Part shown: positions 9,604 through 19,451 of the stretch, piece after piece
Layout of the letters: each line of letters starts with the position of its first letter
Position numbering within the stretch: position 1 is the stretch's first letter
NCBI GenBank assembly: GCA_964291405.2
Contig: OZ219926.1
Span: 3,776,001 to 3,840,000 of the forward strand
Direction of reading: 5' to 3'
DNA from: Thermodesulfobacteriota bacterium
GTDB taxonomy: Bacteria; Desulfobacterota; Binatia; Bin18
Length of the DNA: 64,000 bases
The notes under the pieces: generated by a model
Seen by the model: the letters and a program-made list of their open reading frames with translations, nothing else
Told to the model about the DNA's origin: nothing
The model's database searches: none
Program-made: the position numbers and the translations under genes

Positions 9604-10905
9604 CTACACCGCCTGTGGTTCCGGCGCTACGACCGCGGCCCCTGCACCCGCCAAAAATGCGCCGACGCAAGATAGGAATGCCCAGTCATAATTGCCGGTG
9701 TTATCGTACAACACGCCGGCAATGACCGGCCCCAGCGCGCCGCCAATACTCAGTCCCAACGTCCCCAGTACACCGGCAATGGCCCCAAAAGCCTGCCGGC
9801 CGAAATCATGTCCGACGATCAAGGGCCACAGCACAATCATACCGCCATAGCCGAGTCCAAAGAGCGATACAAAGAGCGTGAGCGCCCAAAACCCGAGACT
9901 CTCCAAAAAGAGTAACACTCCGATGCCGACCGCCTGCATGCACAGACATCCGGCCAGGATGGCGTGGGGGTGGCGGATGTGTTCGCTGACCCAGCCTGCC
10001 AGAAACCGCCCGGCCATACTCATACCTAAAGAGATACCGGTAATCGTTGAAGCTAACTCGAGGCTATACCCGGCATCCTGAAAAAAGGCGACCTGGTGGG
10101 CATGCACAGCCCCTCCCGCCATCAGCCCCAGGCAGAATGCGGCCCCTAAACGCCAAAATGTTGACGTGGACAGCGCTTGTCTGAGGGTCCAGTCCCGCAC
10201 GTCCTGCTCTGGCTCGGGTCCCAGCAGGGTGTGACGTACTTTCGAATAATCCTGTCCCAAGGGCTTGAGGCCCTTTTCCTGCGGGGAGTTAACGACAAAG
10301 AACCAGACCAGGGGCAGCATGCCGAAGAGGGACAGGCCGGCCAAGACCTGATAGCCCACCCGCCAACTGAACTCGGCGATCAAAAAACCGCACAGCGGGA
10401 CGAGCACCAGCCCCCCGCCACTCGCGCCAACCAGGGCGATACCCATCGCCAGACCCCGTTTGTCCACAAACCACTGGGTAATGACCTTCCCCACGGGCAT
10501 GGGTCCGATGCCCGCCAGCCCGACGCCCAAAAACAGGTAGAGGGCGTAGAAGCCGGGCAGGCTGCTGACGGCGCTGAGCAGGAGCAGAGCGACGCCGTCA
10601 ATCAGGGCACTCAGCAGAAAGACCCAGCGGGCACCAACATGGTCAATGAGCCAGCCCCAGGCGGGTAGAACCAGGCCGGCAACCAGCAAATACAGAGAGA
10701 ACGCCGTGGCGGTCTCGGCTCGTGACCAGCCGAATTCCTGGGTGAGTGGTTTCAGAAACGTCGAGAAGGTATAGGTGAATCCTCCATCGATGATGGAGAT
10801 AAAGAACAGGACGCCGACAATCAGCCAGCCATAGAAGATGCCTTCGCTACGGTCTGCGCTCCCGTCCTCGCTCTTGAGGTCGTCCAAGGAATCTGGCTCT
10901 CTCAT
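9604..10905 (-). CDS. MFS transporter (OFA/MCT-like)
   Basis: 12 hydrophobic segments; FYGW, EFGWSR, GWLIDHVGAR, WF..KRGLAMGI. Confidence 0.9.
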   Translation of the reverse strand: MREPDSLDDLKSEDGSADRSEGIFYGWLIVGVLFFISIIDGGFTYTFSTFLKPLTQEFGWSRAETATAFSLYLLVAGLVLPAWGWLIDHVGARWVFLLSALIDGVALLLLSAVSSLPGFYALYLFLGVGLAGIGPMPVGKVITQWFVDKRGLAMGIALVGASGGGLVLVPLCGFLIAEFSWRVGYQVLAGLSLFGMLPLVWFFVVNSPQEKGLKPLGQDYSKVRHTLLGPEPEQDVRDWTLRQALSTSTFWRLGAAFCLGLMAGGAVHAHQVAFFQDAGYSLELASTITGISLGMSMAGRFLAGWVSEHIRHPHAILAGCLCMQAVGIGVLLFLESLGFWALTLFVSLFGLGYGGMIVLWPLIVGHDFGRQAFGAIAGVLGTLGLSIGGALGPVIAGVLYDNTGNYDWAFLSCVGAFLAGAGAAVVAPEPQAV

Positions 10906-11022
10906 CAGCCGCGATTAGATAGAGGATGTCCTGGTCTGTCAATCTGAAACGATGTGATATGGATATGGAGTGAAAGTGAATGCGCCGGGTACACTATAGG
11001 GCTTAAAAAGGAGGAGAATCGC

Positions 11023-11646
11023 ATGAGTGATCTCACATTGCCAAAAGATAAAACCGCCATTCTGGTAATGGACTGCCAGAACGACATCGTGCATGAAGAC
11101 GGGAAATTTGGCGGGCACCTGACTGGCGGGGCCATGCCCAGGCTTATTAAGGAAAAGAACATCCTGGGTAATATCAGCGCCCTGACTGCCGCGGGCAGGA
11201 CGGCCAAGGTGCCGATCATCCATGTGCGACATGCCTACCGGCCGGATTACTCCGACTTGCTGGAGCACGTGAAGGTCTTTCAGGTGATCAAGCAAATGGA
11301 AGCCCTGCAGGACGGGACGTGGGGAGCTGAGATCCATGCTGACCTCACCCCCGAGCCGGAAGACCTGGTGATTACCAAAACGCGGGTGAGTTCCTTTTAC
11401 GCCAGTCCTTTGGAAGCCATTCTCAATTCCCAGGGGCGCACCCATTTGGTGCTGACCGGTATCGCGACAGACGGCGTTGTCGAAGGCACGGCACGGGACG
11501 GTACTGACCGTGGCTATCATATCTTCATTCCTGAAGATTGCTGCGCGGCCACGACCGAAGAGGCCCATGGGGTCATTCTAGGTGCAGCACTAGGAGGACT
11601 CACTGCCGTGTGTACGTCGGATGAGGTGATCCGGGCGTTGGCGTAG
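11023..11646 (+). CDS. Cysteine hydrolase / isochorismatase family
   Basis: AILVMDCQND, KTRVSSF, TGIATDGVVEGTARD (catalytic Cys position is Val); SD GGAGGAG. Confidence 0.85.
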   Translation: MSDLTLPKDKTAILVMDCQNDIVHEDGKFGGHLTGGAMPRLIKEKNILGNISALTAAGRTAKVPIIHVRHAYRPDYSDLLEHVKVFQVIKQMEALQDGTWGAEIHADLTPEPEDLVITKTRVSSFYASPLEAILNSQGRTHLVLTGIATDGVVEGTARDGTDRGYHIFIPEDCCAATTEEAHGVILGAALGGLTAVCTSDEVIRALA

Positions 11647-11670
11647 GGACGCAGCCTGCTGCGCCCCTGC
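11643..11670 (+). repeat. GTAG-type REP palindrome overlapping the stop codon
   Basis: GTAGGGACGCAGC-CT-GCTGCGCCCCTGC imperfect hairpin starting with GTAG, between convergent genes. Confidence 0.65.
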
Positions 11671-11711
11671 ATTGGCATTGTCGAAGAGGCCGTCTGAACT
11701 GGGACGTGTTG

Positions 11712-12134
11712 CTACAGTTCGGGCGGTGCCAGGATCGTAAAGCCAAAGAATGATTCGTTTCCGGTCCGAAGCGTATGTGGCGCGCCGGCCGGAATCATCA
11801 GTACATCGCCGGCCTTGATGTCCTGCTCTTTGCCGGACACTCTGGCGGTGGCACAGCCTTCGACGACATAAATGATCTGGTCGCCCTTGTGGGTATTCTC
11901 TTCGTCGTTGCTATAGCCGGCCGGCAGGGTGAAGGCGACCGTCTGGCTCAAATCGGTCTCCTGGAGCTTGGCAACCTCACTCCCCCGGTGGTCAAAGACG
12001 TTGGCAACGTCAAGCCCGCCGGATGCGCCGTTCCCTCCGATTTCCTGCATCTGTTCGGCAAAGAGTTCGTCCGAGATCAGCCCCTGCCGATATGCCTTGA
12101 GGATTTGTTTGACCTCAAAATCTTTGTTCGCCAT
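11712..12134 (-). CDS. Cupin-domain protein with N-terminal SHOCT-like helical segment
   Basis: Cupin motifs THKGDQIIYVVEG and GDVLMIPAGAPH; SD AGGAGG before MANKDF. Confidence 0.8.
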   Translation of the reverse strand: MANKDFEVKQILKAYRQGLISDELFAEQMQEIGGNGASGGLDVANVFDHRGSEVAKLQETDLSQTVAFTLPAGYSNDEENTHKGDQIIYVVEGCATARVSGKEQDIKAGDVLMIPAGAPHTLRTGNESFFGFTILAPPEL

Positions 12135-12325
12135 GGTGTGTTCCCTCCTTTGGTGTGTATGACTAATCGTCCTCCTGCCCATAGCGCCGGACCGCCCGAA
12201 AAGCAAGATGCTCTTTTCCCGCTACCAAACGTCTGGATTGAATAGCTTGCAGAAAAGAGGGGAAGGGGCATATGGTTTGATGATTCTGGATCTCAGGCCA
12301 TATGGCCTCACTGCGCGGGGAATAT

Positions 12326-13267
12326 ATGCAATACACGACCCTCGGACGGACCGGCCTCAAGGTCAGCGTGGCCGGCCTCGGGTGTGGCGGCCACAGCCGG
12401 CTGGGGCAGAAAACGGGCAAAACCGAGCAGGAGTCCGTTGGCGTTGTCCGGCAGGCGTTAGACCTGGGCATCAACCTCATCGATACCGCCGAGGCGTATG
12501 GGACAGAGCGCATTGTCGGTAAGGCGATACAGGACGTTGGCCGCGACCAGATCGTGATTTCCACCAAAAAGCTGTGTCCGGACCCTGAGGGTGACGACCC
12601 AAGCGGAGAGCTGCGGCGTGGCGTGGAACAGAGTCTCAAACGCCTCCAGACCGACTATGTGGACGTGTTCTATCTCCACGGGGTGCGGCCCAAGCAGTAC
12701 CAGTACGCGTACGACACGCTTGCTCCCGTGCTGGCCCGACTACGCGAGGAGGGCAAGGTTCGCTTTCTCGGTGTGACCGAGGCGTTCATTCCCGACCCGC
12801 AGCACGCTATGCTCAAACGGGCTCTGGAAGACGACTGCTGGGACGTGATGATGGTTGGCTTCAATCTGCTCAACCAGTCCGCCCGCCAACGGGTGTTTCC
12901 GCACACCCAGGCCAGGAACATTGGAACCATGGGCATGTTCGCCGTGCGGAACGCGCTCAGCCGCCCGGCCCGTCTGAAAAAAATTCTGGCTGAACTCAGA
13001 GATAAGAACCAAATCGATCCCGCCCTGTGTGAGATACCGGATGTGCTCGGCTTTCTGACTGACACGGGGAAAGCCGAGACCCTTCCCGAGGCGGCCTATC
13101 GCTACTGCCGGTATGAGCCCGGAATGGACAGCGTCCTGACTGGCACCGGTAGTGTCGAGCATCTCAAAGAGAATATTGCCGCGCTGCTCAAAGAACCGCT
13201 GCCGTTGGCGGATTGTGAGCGGCTGGCCGCACTGTTCGGGCAGGTCGATTGCGTGTCGGGAAATTAA
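12326..13267 (+). CDS. Aldo/keto reductase
   Basis: LGRTGLKVS..GLG, DTAEAYG, STK, SLKRLQTDYVD.FYLH, GKVRFLGV. Confidence 0.92.
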   Translation: MQYTTLGRTGLKVSVAGLGCGGHSRLGQKTGKTEQESVGVVRQALDLGINLIDTAEAYGTERIVGKAIQDVGRDQIVISTKKLCPDPEGDDPSGELRRGVEQSLKRLQTDYVDVFYLHGVRPKQYQYAYDTLAPVLARLREEGKVRFLGVTEAFIPDPQHAMLKRALEDDCWDVMMVGFNLLNQSARQRVFPHTQARNIGTMGMFAVRNALSRPARLKKILAELRDKNQIDPALCEIPDVLGFLTDTGKAETLPEAAYRYCRYEPGMDSVLTGTGSVEHLKENIAALLKEPLPLADCERLAALFGQVDCVSGN

Positions 13268-13277
13268 GGAGGCCCCT

Positions 13278-15029
13278 ATGAGCGAGACCACGAGCGAGTC
13301 CACCCTGACGGTTGAACGAGATGTGGCCATCCCCATGCGGGACGGCACACTGCTGCGCGCCGATGTCTATCGTCCGGCAACGGGCAGGCATCCGGTTATC
13401 TTACAACGGACCCCATACGACAAGGGGCTGACGACAATTTCCATGCTCATGCTTGATATTATCCGAACCGCCAGTGAGGGCTATGCCGTTGTCGTCCAGG
13501 ACTCGCGTGGCCGCTACGCCTCGGACGGAGAGTTTTACACCTTTCGCGACGATATGGCCGACGGCTATGACACGGTTGAATGGTGTGGCGTGCAGCCGTG
13601 GTCGGACGGCAACGTGGGCATGTATGGCGCGTCCTACGTTGGGGCCACCCAGTGGCTGGCCGCGCTGAGCCGGCCGCCACATCTGAAAGCGATCTTCCCG
13701 CTGATTACGGCGTCCGATTACCACGAGGGCTGGACGTATCAGGGCGGAGCCTTTGCGCTGGGCTTTAATGCAAGCTGGACCATGACCGGCCTGGCGCCCG
13801 ATACCGCCATGCGGCTGGCGAAAGACCGGCCCGAACTACGGGATGAGGTCGGACAGCTCCTGTCCGGGATCGACGATATGTGTGAGGCGTTTCGTCACCT
13901 GCCGCTCAAGGATTTTCCGTTCTTTCATCAGTCTGCGTCCTATTTTTACGACTGGCTGGCACATCCTGACGACGACGACTACTGGGCGCAGCTCAATATC
14001 GAAAATCGGCATGACACGATCCCCGTTCCGGCCTGTAATGTCGGCGGCTGGTACGACATCTTCCTGGGTGGCACGATTCGCAATTATCTGGGTATGCGCG
14101 AGCGCGGTGCTACGCCGGAGGCCCGCGACGGCCAAAAACTCGTTATCGGTCCGTGGCACCATGCGCTGCCGCTGAACAACGTTGTTGGTGAGGCGAATTT
14201 TGGACTCTCAACGACGCAACTGGCTGCGGGCCTGGACGGGTTGCACCTGCGCTGGTTTGACTACTGGCTTAAAGGTAAAGCGAACGGCCTGTTGGAAGAG
14301 CCGCCGGTGCGTATTTTCGTCATGGGCGAGAATACGTGGCGGGATGAGAACGAATGGCCGCTGGCTCGGACACGGTACACGCCATACTACTTGCACAGCG
14401 CCGGTAAAGCGAACGGCCTGAACGGTGACGGTAGCCTGAGCCCCGAGGCTCCACGTAGCGAACCGGCGGACGTCTTCGTCTCCGACCCGCGTCACCCCGT
14501 TCCGACCAAAGGCGGCGGGTTATGCTGCTGGCCGGCGGCCGTTCCCGGCGGGGCGTTCGACCAACGTTCCGTGGAAGAGCGGGAAGATGTTCTGGTGTAT
14601 ACCACCCCCGTCCTTGAGCAGGACGTCGAGGTCACCGGACCTGTCACGGTGACCCTGTATGCGGCCACGAGCGCGGTTGATACGGATTTTACGGCCAAGT
14701 TGGTGGACGTGCACCCCGAAGGATACGCCCAGAACCTGACAGACGGTATCATTCGGGGCCGCTATCGGACCTCGAAAGCCCAGGCTACGCTCCTCCAGCC
14801 CGGCGAGGTCTACGAGTTTACGATAGACGTGTGGGCAACCAGCAATGTCTTCAAGGCCGGACACTGCATTCGGCTCGAAATTGCCAGCTCAAACTTTCCG
14901 CGTTTTGACCGCAATCCGCAAACCGGCGAGGCCAGCGGTGAGGCCAGTCGCTTGGAGCCGGCCCTCCAGCGCGTCTTTCATGATGAGGCCCATCCCTCAC
15001 ATGTGGTGCTGCCGATCATTCCCCGCTGA
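13278..15029 (+). CDS. CocE/NonD family serine hydrolase
   Basis: MRDGTLLRADVY, RTPY, GASY.G nucleophile, GGWYD, GPW.H, SSNFPRFDRNP; SD AAGGAGG. Confidence 0.93.
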   Translation: MSETTSESTLTVERDVAIPMRDGTLLRADVYRPATGRHPVILQRTPYDKGLTTISMLMLDIIRTASEGYAVVVQDSRGRYASDGEFYTFRDDMADGYDTVEWCGVQPWSDGNVGMYGASYVGATQWLAALSRPPHLKAIFPLITASDYHEGWTYQGGAFALGFNASWTMTGLAPDTAMRLAKDRPELRDEVGQLLSGIDDMCEAFRHLPLKDFPFFHQSASYFYDWLAHPDDDDYWAQLNIENRHDTIPVPACNVGGWYDIFLGGTIRNYLGMRERGATPEARDGQKLVIGPWHHALPLNNVVGEANFGLSTTQLAAGLDGLHLRWFDYWLKGKANGLLEEPPVRIFVMGENTWRDENEWPLARTRYTPYYLHSAGKANGLNGDGSLSPEAPRSEPADVFVSDPRHPVPTKGGGLCCWPAAVPGGAFDQRSVEEREDVLVYTTPVLEQDVEVTGPVTVTLYAATSAVDTDFTAKLVDVHPEGYAQNLTDGIIRGRYRTSKAQATLLQPGEVYEFTIDVWATSNVFKAGHCIRLEIASSNFPRFDRNPQTGEASGEASRLEPALQRVFHDEAHPSHVVLPIIPR

Positions 15030-15058
15030 GGGGTGTACTGGTTAAAGGAAGGCGGACA

Positions 15059-15100
15059 GTGAAGAGGCAGATTATAGAAACGGTTTGACTGCCTCTTCAC
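15059..15100. terminator. Hairpin between convergent genes (possible bidirectional terminator)
   Basis: Perfect 12-bp inverted repeat GTGAAGAGGCAG / CTGCCTCTTCAC. Confidence 0.55.
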
Positions 15101-15110
15101 GTCAGATGTT

Positions 15111-15356
15111 TCACTCGCTCCCGCCGGCCACTGGCGGAAAGATGCTGATTTGGTCCCCGTCCGTAAGCGTCTGATCGAACTCCCGGGTCTGCTCGCCGTT
15201 GACCAGGACCATCTGGGCCAGGTCGAGAGGAATGTCGAGATGATGAATCAGATCGTTGATGGTTGCCTGATCCGTGAGATCAAGCGTGGCTTTCCCGAGA
15301 GAGCCTTTGGGTAGTTTTTTCCGAAGATTGGCAAAGAGTTTGATACTGACCTGCAT
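15111..15356 (-). CDS. moaD: MoaD/ThiS-family sulfur carrier (AOR-associated)
   Basis: KLFANLR, VLVNG, L.DGD.ISIFPPVAGG followed by SE; last gene of the AOR operon. Confidence 0.85.
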   Translation of the reverse strand: MQVSIKLFANLRKKLPKGSLGKATLDLTDQATINDLIHHLDIPLDLAQMVLVNGEQTREFDQTLTDGDQISIFPPVAGGSE

Positions 15357-15359
15357 CGA

Positions 15360-16790
15360 TTATTCACCCTTCTCAATACCTGGTGTCGGTGTCCGTGGAA
15401 GCGTATCCAGCGCGTCCGGGCGAGAACCGATAAGCGGGCCGTGCGAGCCTTTTTGCCAGGCCGGGGGTGTCTTCCCGTCCACCCGGTAGGCGCGCGCCGT
15501 GGCGGGTGCACCTAAGAGGGTTTGCCCGACCAGTTTCTGCGCGGTCCCGGTGGCAACATAGGCGCGCCGCACATCGGTCGGGTTCTCTTTGACGTAGTCT
15601 GCCCAGTTTCCCAGGGCCTGTTGTGTCTGGATGAGTCCTTTGACCATACCAACGTCGTTCAGCATGGTGACGTCATTGATCGGTCCGACGAACAGTGCCC
15701 CGACCATGCGATCGCCGTCCCAGACGTATTTACGATAAATCGGGCGCGTCGGGTTCCAGACGGTGGTGATCGACTCCTTCGCATCTGTCCGCCACTGGCC
15801 AAAGCTGGCGCAGTGCAGATTGATGACATCCAACACGTTAAGCAGCAGGCTGCCCGGATAGTGTGTCTCTTGGCCGGCCATATTCGTGCCGGCAATCCGA
15901 CCGTGGTCAACGGCTGTTGGTTGAATCGCATGCACCGCGGGCGAGCCATTCAGCAGGTCCGGTCCGGCGGCAACATCACCGGCCGCATAGATGCCGGAAA
16001 TATTGGTCTGCATGCGGTCGTCAACCACAATGCCGCCGTCAACGTGGATACCGGAGCCGTTGAGAAAGCTCAGGTTGGGCTGAATGCCCGTGGCCAAAAT
16101 GACAATATCCGCGCTCAGGCTGGCACCGTTGCTCAGCGACAGGTTGAGTGCCTCACCTTCACGGCTGATGCTTTGGACCTGCGCGCCGGTATGAACAGCT
16201 ACATTCTGGCTGGTCAGCCAGCCTTCGACCGCCTGCGCGCCGGTGGCATCGAGCATACGCGGCAAGACCTGGGCTTCGGTTTCAACTACCGAGAGGTTCC
16301 AGTCCAGCTTGGCCATGGCATTCAAGACGATAAAACCGATAAAGCCGGCACCAATGAGCACTGCCCTGGGCGTTCCCTGTGCCTTCGCCATGACCTGTTT
16401 TGCGTCTTCGAGCGTCCAGAAGGTGTACACGCCTTCCTGGTCAATGCCGGCAATAGGAGGACGCTGGGCCGAAGAGCCGGTTGCGATGAGGAGAGTGTCA
16501 AACGTGTGGTTTGAGCCGTCACCGAGTGTAACCGTACGCGCCTGGGCATCGACTTTTTCGACTTGGCCCAACACGGACGTAATACCGTGCTGTTCAAAAT
16601 AGGCCGCGTCTCCGGTCAGTACGTGCCGCTCCGGAATATCGTTCGCCAGATAGTAGGGCAGGACCATGCGCGAGTAGGCGGACTCGTTGGAGATGAGAGT
16701 GATCTGCGCTTCGGAGCCTGCTGTCGCCCGGATCGTTTCCGCCGCGGCCACCCCGGCCGGTCCCCCTCCAATAATGATGTGTTGTGCCAT
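15360..16790 (-). CDS. FAD/NAD-dependent oxidoreductase (AorC-like)
   Basis: IIGGGPAG, LIATGS, IGAGFIG, T...GIYAAGD; in operon with AOR. Confidence 0.85.
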   Translation of the reverse strand: MAQHIIIGGGPAGVAAAETIRATAGSEAQITLISNESAYSRMVLPYYLANDIPERHVLTGDAAYFEQHGITSVLGQVEKVDAQARTVTLGDGSNHTFDTLLIATGSSAQRPPIAGIDQEGVYTFWTLEDAKQVMAKAQGTPRAVLIGAGFIGFIVLNAMAKLDWNLSVVETEAQVLPRMLDATGAQAVEGWLTSQNVAVHTGAQVQSISREGEALNLSLSNGASLSADIVILATGIQPNLSFLNGSGIHVDGGIVVDDRMQTNISGIYAAGDVAAGPDLLNGSPAVHAIQPTAVDHGRIAGTNMAGQETHYPGSLLLNVLDVINLHCASFGQWRTDAKESITTVWNPTRPIYRKYVWDGDRMVGALFVGPINDVTMLNDVGMVKGLIQTQQALGNWADYVKENPTDVRRAYVATGTAQKLVGQTLLGAPATARAYRVDGKTPPAWQKGSHGPLIGSRPDALDTLPRTPTPGIEKGE

Positions 16791-16883
16791 GACGTGTGTT
16801 CCTTGTAGGTTCGTTGAGTCCGCTGAGTCTTTGGAGTCAAGATTCAACAGACCCAATGACTCAATAGACCAAACAGACCTCCT

Positions 16884-18743
16884 TTACTCCAGCCCTAGCT
16901 CTTTCTTCTTTGCCTCGGAGATTTTGCCGTCCTTATCCCAGCCCCGCAGTTCATAATACTCGGGCAGCATCTCTCCCAGTCGGTTGACCTCGCCCTTGGC
17001 TGGGCCGGATGGGATGGGCTCTTCCAGAATCCGCTTGGGCAGGGTGTCGTCCTTGCCGGTGAAGCCTGCCCGTTCGTTCCACAGCCGCTCCAGATTCCAG
17101 ATACGCTCCCCAATGTGGACCAGTTCTTCCTGCGTATACGTTACGCCTGTGGCTGCCGACAGTTGGGGTAACATCTCCTCCAGACCTACGCCGAAAGTAA
17201 GGAATTGACACAGGCCGGTGGCGTCAACGGTTGAGGTCGCGTCCTGGAAGATCTTGGTAATCTCTGCTTTCTCTTCTGTGGCACGCGGATCCATCTGACG
17301 CGGCAAGCCCAGAATTTCGGCCGCAACCGTATAGGCTTTCAAGTGACACGCACCGCGGTTGGAGGTCGCATAGCCCAGGCCCATGCCCTGAATGGCACGA
17401 GCTTCATATGCGGCAAACTCCTGACCGCGGACGCCCATGAAGAACTCTGGACGACCGAAATTTTCGGTCATGCGTTTGGAGCCTTCGGCCACGGCATCAC
17501 CAAAGCCCTGCCGGTAGGCGGTCTTCTCAGCCATGGCAATGAGAGCTTCGGCACTACCGAACTCTAGCGGAATCTCGGTCTGGTCCTGGCTGACCGTGCC
17601 CTTCTCGAACAATTCCATAGCCGCGGCTACGCTGGCCCCAAAGCTGATGGAATCCATACCCAGGTCATTGCACAGCCAGTTAGCCTTGATTAGCGCGTCC
17701 AGGTCGCCCACGCCGCACTCCGAGCCCATGGCCCACGCCGCTTCGTACTCGGGACCCTCGCCGGCGATTTTCCAGTTCTGCGGATTGGTGGTGACCGAGT
17801 ATTTCGAGGAGGCTTCGCCCGGCAGGGTGCTGACCCGCCCACAGGCAATGGTGCAGGAAAAACAGGCTTTATTGGCGACCAAACGGGTTTCAGTCAGGGT
17901 TTCACCGCTAATGTTTTCAGCCTCATCAAAGACGGTCTGCTGATGGTTTCGGGTCGGCAGGGCGCCGTGCTCGTTAATCACGTTGACCAGCACTTCCGTA
18001 CCGTACATGGGCAGGCCCTCGGCGGTCACGGGCGACTGCCGCAGCTTTTCCTTCATGGCCCATTGGCCTTCCATATATGCCTGCGGGTCGGCCAGAGAGA
18101 CGCCGCCGGTACCGCGCAGAGCAATCGCCTTGAGATTTTTGGAGCCCATCACCGCACCTACGCCGGACCGACCCGCGGCCCGGTGCAGATCGTTCATGAT
18201 GCAGGCAAAGCGCACCAGGTTTTCTCCGGCCGGGCCGATGCTGGCAATGATGGTGTCCGGCACGCCGAGCTCGGTGCGGAGGGCTTCTTCGGTTTGCCAA
18301 ACCGTCTTGCCCCACAGGTGGGTCGCGTCGCGCAGTTCCACCCGATCGTCATAAATCCACAGGTAGGACGGCTGCGCGGCCTTGCCCTCCAGGATGATCA
18401 TGTCATAGCCGGCGAATTTCATCTCCGGTCCCCAGAAGCCACCCGAATTCGAGGTGGTAATAGCGTTGGTCAGCGCGCCCTTGGTAACGACCATATAGCG
18501 TGAGCCACAGGATACGTTGGTGCCGGTCAGCGGCCCGGTGGCAAAGATCATTTTGTTCTCTGGACTAAGCGGATCGACGCTGGGGTCCATCTCTTCGTAG
18601 AGATATTTGACGCCGAGCCCGCGGCCGCCGACATAGTCTCTGGCCCATTCGGCGTTCAGCGGCTCCTTGGTGATACTGCCGCTGGTCAGATTGACGCGCA
18701 GGACAGTACCGGTCCAGCCATGCATTGTGTTCGTCGCGCTCAT
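16884..18743 (-). CDS. aorB: Tungsten-dependent aldehyde:ferredoxin oxidoreductase, catalytic subunit
   Basis: GGRGLG, SIGPAGE, AAGRSGVGAVMGSKNLKA, CFSCTIAC, EGPEYE, C.DLGMD.IS, SNRGACH, EYYELRGWD. Confidence 0.93.
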   Translation of the reverse strand: MSATNTMHGWTGTVLRVNLTSGSITKEPLNAEWARDYVGGRGLGVKYLYEEMDPSVDPLSPENKMIFATGPLTGTNVSCGSRYMVVTKGALTNAITTSNSGGFWGPEMKFAGYDMIILEGKAAQPSYLWIYDDRVELRDATHLWGKTVWQTEEALRTELGVPDTIIASIGPAGENLVRFACIMNDLHRAAGRSGVGAVMGSKNLKAIALRGTGGVSLADPQAYMEGQWAMKEKLRQSPVTAEGLPMYGTEVLVNVINEHGALPTRNHQQTVFDEAENISGETLTETRLVANKACFSCTIACGRVSTLPGEASSKYSVTTNPQNWKIAGEGPEYEAAWAMGSECGVGDLDALIKANWLCNDLGMDSISFGASVAAAMELFEKGTVSQDQTEIPLEFGSAEALIAMAEKTAYRQGFGDAVAEGSKRMTENFGRPEFFMGVRGQEFAAYEARAIQGMGLGYATSNRGACHLKAYTVAAEILGLPRQMDPRATEEKAEITKIFQDATSTVDATGLCQFLTFGVGLEEMLPQLSAATGVTYTQEELVHIGERIWNLERLWNERAGFTGKDDTLPKRILEEPIPSGPAKGEVNRLGEMLPEYYELRGWDKDGKISEAKKKELGLE

Positions 18744-19231
18744 GCGTTGCCTCCTTCTTCGTCCTGCATATGTTGAAAGCCCTGGTTGACTTTGTCCGCC
18801 CAACTGGCCAGCCAGTCCGGCTGATCCATATCTACATATTCGAGCGCGCCGGTCGGGCAGGACTTGACGCAAGCCGGGTCACCACCACACAGGTCACACT
18901 TGAAGGCTTTGTGACTATCCGGGTTATAGAACATGGTGCCGTAGGGGCAGGCCACCGTGCAGACCGCACAGCCGACACATACGTCGTCCATCACCACCTT
19001 GGCGTTCGTGTCCGGGTCAATGCCGATCGCATTCACCGGACAGGCCGTCAGGCACCAGGCTTCATCGCACTGAAAGCAGGTATAGGGCGCGTAGACGGCT
19101 TGCTCGTCAAAGATGTGGACACGAATAACGGAACGCGACGGCTGAAAGGTCCCGGTTTGAACAAAGGCACAAGCCAACTCGCACTGAATGCAGCTTGTGC
19201 ATTTCTCGGTAATCACGCGGAGTTGTTTCAT
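18740..19231 (-). CDS. 4Fe-4S polyferredoxin subunit (AorA-like)
   Basis: CxxCxxCxxxC, CxxCxxxxCxxxCP, CxxCxxCxxxCP and CDLC..DPAC...CP; ATGA overlap with aorB. Confidence 0.9.
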   Translation of the reverse strand: MKQLRVITEKCTSCIQCELACAFVQTGTFQPSRSVIRVHIFDEQAVYAPYTCFQCDEAWCLTACPVNAIGIDPDTNAKVVMDDVCVGCAVCTVACPYGTMFYNPDSHKAFKCDLCGGDPACVKSCPTGALEYVDMDQPDWLASWADKVNQGFQHMQDEEGGNA

Positions 19232-19451
19232 ACGGTGTTGACCCTCCTGCCTTTCCTCTAACAGATTCGTCCGAAGAATGCCACAAAAGTCAGGCAGTCC
19301 AGAGCGACAACCGGCCTCAGTAGACCAACCGTTGTTATCCGCTCCTGCGGCGAGAGGTGACTCAAGCATCCTGCCGCTGTAAAGCCGCCTTGCCGACCAC
19401 CTAGGGAAAGCGCTAGGCTACGAAAACCAACACCATACGGGAGGGCGTAGT

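Noticed and set aside
15360-15470. Encapsulin targeting peptide in the AorC-like C-terminal tail (GPLIGSRP)
   Set aside because: Weak match to L-x-I/V-G-S-L and no encapsulin gene in the window.
19232-19451. Moco/Wco riboswitch upstream of the AOR operon
   Set aside because: I could not identify the conserved motif elements by eye. An Infernal search against Rfam RF01055 would settle it.
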